A stretch of 62,997 bases of DNA, counting the filler, from a bacterium (lineage in GTDB: Bacteria > UBA9089 > CG2-30-40-21 > SBAY01): the NCBI GenBank assembly GCA_040757115.1. It is 12 parts of 12 records of this genome, joined end to end, with 100 filler letters (N's around TTAATTAATTAA, not from the genome) between each part and the next. Parts side by side here need not be neighbours in the genome. Positions count along the whole stretch, not along the records: positions 59,814 to 62,997 come from JBFLYA010000345.1; 11 more parts are not named here. One strand, given 5' to 3'. Position 1 is the first letter of the stretch; every line of letters starts with the position of its first letter. Positions 60,786 to 62,997 of this stretch are shown piece after piece. Below the pieces are notes generated by a model, which was not told the DNA's origin, did no database searches, and saw only the letters and a list, made by a program, of their open reading frames with translations. The position numbers and the translations under genes are program-made.

Positions 60786-61242
60786 AGATTCAGCATATCT
60801 GCAAAGAATGAGGTCGATCTTCACAGAGAGATACCCAAAGAAATAAATCTGAACAGCATCTTCTCTATAAAGACAAAAAGATCCTTGAGGAATGATTGGA
60901 CCATTGCCCACAACAGACAGCTTTATCAGATTAAAGATCCTCTTGCTGTCACAAGAACAAAGACTGTTGTTGTCCAAGAACGAATAGATGGGACAAGACA
61001 TATTACTCATAAAAACCAAGAGCTTAATTATGAAAAGATAAAAATAAGACCACAAGAAGAACAGAAACCCATACAATCAAGAAAGATATATATCCCTCCC
61101 CCGGATCACCCCTGGAGGAGATTTAAGATAAATCCATACAAATATAAACAGAGAGAAAAGGAGAAGAAGATCTCCTTCGGTTAACTCAAAAGGTGACATT
61201 TCTACTTTGTTAAAAAGGTGACATTTCTATTTTGGGTTGACA
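60786..61242 (+). mobile_element. IS1202/ISNCY-type transposase 3' fragment and right end
   Basis: RSLRNDWTI...PPPDHPWRR; tandem AAAAGGTGACATTTCTA repeats; terminal TTGACA (TGT end). Confidence 0.75.
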
Positions 61243-61319
61243 TGTCAACTTTTTTTTCTTGACTTTCTCAAAGTTTTTTGTTATATTTAAATTCTCAAGG
61301 ATTAGGAGGGTAAATGTAG

Positions 61320-62831
61320 GTGAAATATCATTTAATAGAACCTGATTTAACCGATGAAGAATTTCTTTTATTTCAGAATTTTATTTCCCAAAATAGCGGG
61401 ATATTTGTAGATGAACCTAAACGGGATTTATTAAGAAAGGCCCTTTTAGCTCGCACAACATCTATGAATCTTGGAGGATATAGTGATTATTATAAATTTT
61501 TGAAGTATAATCCACGCGGGGAGGAGGAATTTAAAGAACTACTTAACTTAATTACCGTTTGTGAAACATACTTTTTCCGCGATGTGAAACATTTCATTAC
61601 ACTTCGAAAACATATATTACCTGAACTCCTAAGGCGAAAACAATTACAAGGCAGTTATGGTATCAGGATTTGGTCTGCAGGATGCTCTACTGGCGAGGAG
61701 CCTTATTCAATCGCCATCGCTTTATTAGAAACCTTACAACCTGCACAGATGTGGGATGTGGAGGTATTTGGTTCAGATGTTAGCACCAGAGCTTTAACCC
61801 TGGCTCGAGAAGGGGTTTATTCTAAATGGTCACTCAGGTCAACAGATAGAAGTTACATTGAGAAATATTTTATTCAAGAGGGAAAAAATTATATTCTAAA
61901 AGATGAGATTAAAAAGAGGGTGAATTTTGAGTATTTTAATCTAATCAAAGAACCTTTTCCTTTAGCTAAAATGGGGGAATATTGGGATATAATCTTTTGC
62001 AGAAATGTCACCATATATTTTAAACCTGAATCCACCAAACGGGTGATAAATAACTTTTATAAAAGTTTGCAAAAAGAGGGTTATCTTTTTATTGGTGCCT
62101 CAGAATCTCTATATCATATCTCAAATGAATTCAAATTATTAGAAATAGAAGGAAATTTTCTCTATCAAAAATCGGATAAATTAGTTGAAAAACCATTTGA
62201 AAAACAAAAAATAGTCATAGAAAAAATTACACCCAGAGTAGCCAAAAAACAATCAAAGACAACAGGATTAGAAAAAGAGATAGAGGAAATTAAACAAAAG
62301 GCAAAATTCCCTTCCAAAGATGAAATAATTGATGGATTATACAAAAAGGCTCAATACTACTTTGAAGAGAATATGTTTGAAAAGGCATTATTTGAATTAA
62401 TGAAGATAATTGAGCAAACTGATGAACATGCAGAAACATATCTTATGTTAGCCGATATTTATGCCAATAAAGAGCAGTTTGATGAGGCAGAAAAACAATG
62501 TCGCAAGGCATTACAAATTAACTCATTACTCTCACCGGCGCATTTTCTACTGGGTATTGTTCTTAATAAGAAAGGAAAAACAGATGAGGCAATTAATGAA
62601 TTTAAAAAGATTATCTATTTAGACCCTAATTTCCCTCTGTCTCATTTTCACCTTGCCAATATTTATTCTGAAAATAAAGAATATCGAAAAGCCATCTTAG
62701 AATACAAGGCAACGATAGATATGTTGAATAAAAGTCCTGATGCAAATAAAATCGGCGGTGGGTTTTCAAAAGATATTTTAATCCAAACCTGCCAACGAAA
62801 TATAGAAAGGATACAGCGGGAAATATCTTAA
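61320..62831 (+). CDS. cheR: CheR-type protein-glutamate methyltransferase with TPR domain
   Basis: ETYFFRD, WSAGCSTGEEPYS and IFCRNV motifs; C-terminal TPRs. Confidence 0.9.
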   Translation: MKYHLIEPDLTDEEFLLFQNFISQNSGIFVDEPKRDLLRKALLARTTSMNLGGYSDYYKFLKYNPRGEEEFKELLNLITVCETYFFRDVKHFITLRKHILPELLRRKQLQGSYGIRIWSAGCSTGEEPYSIAIALLETLQPAQMWDVEVFGSDVSTRALTLAREGVYSKWSLRSTDRSYIEKYFIQEGKNYILKDEIKKRVNFEYFNLIKEPFPLAKMGEYWDIIFCRNVTIYFKPESTKRVINNFYKSLQKEGYLFIGASESLYHISNEFKLLEIEGNFLYQKSDKLVEKPFEKQKIVIEKITPRVAKKQSKTTGLEKEIEEIKQKAKFPSKDEIIDGLYKKAQYYFEENMFEKALFELMKIIEQTDEHAETYLMLADIYANKEQFDEAEKQCRKALQINSLLSPAHFLLGIVLNKKGKTDEAINEFKKIIYLDPNFPLSHFHLANIYSENKEYRKAILEYKATIDMLNKSPDANKIGGGFSKDILIQTCQRNIERIQREIS

Positions 62832-62997
62832 TTAAAAACAAGTAACTGATAATTAATTACCATTCACCAGTTACCAATTACCAAATAGGGCTTCACGAAA
62901 TTCCCTCACCCAAATATATAGAAAAGATTAGAGGTGGAGGACAGATATTCCCCCTTAATAAAGGGGGTTAGGGGGTTGTAAGTATATAAAGGGGGTT

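Overview
This is a low-GC bacterial draft/MAG pseudomolecule, not a continuous chromosome. After about 25.8 kb the window is a string of ~3.2-3.4 kb contigs joined by N-TTAATTAATTAA-N linkers in strictly decreasing length, so adjacency across gaps means nothing. Gene content: GH13 amylase, a polyprenol-phosphate-sugar glycosylation cluster, type IV pilus/T2SS genes, tRNA-Leu, gyrA, ribH-nusB, hemL, wecB, hisS, a Lol-type ABC system, a cobalamin riboswitch with a TonB receptor, PorV-like and T9SS-CTD-like proteins, an ECF sigma/anti-sigma set, CheR-TPR, and integron cassettes (attC sites, no integrase seen) rich in toxin-antitoxin pairs. The main signal is non-coding: almost every intergenic space holds nested miniature elements. 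They have IS66-like GTAA ends with 8-bp TSDs, CTAG- and TA-targeting ends, IS256-like ends or CGACCTGTG ends. Their cargo is inverted arrays of 7-9 nt repeats. The same arrays enclose intact four-helix-bundle (IVS/Avd-like) genes and GxxExxY nuclease-fold genes, and also occur around internally deleted genes and as empty shells. This full/deleted/empty series suggests an unexplained class of repeat-bounded mobile modules, the best candidate here for an undescribed system. All family assignments come from motif recognition; no database search was run.
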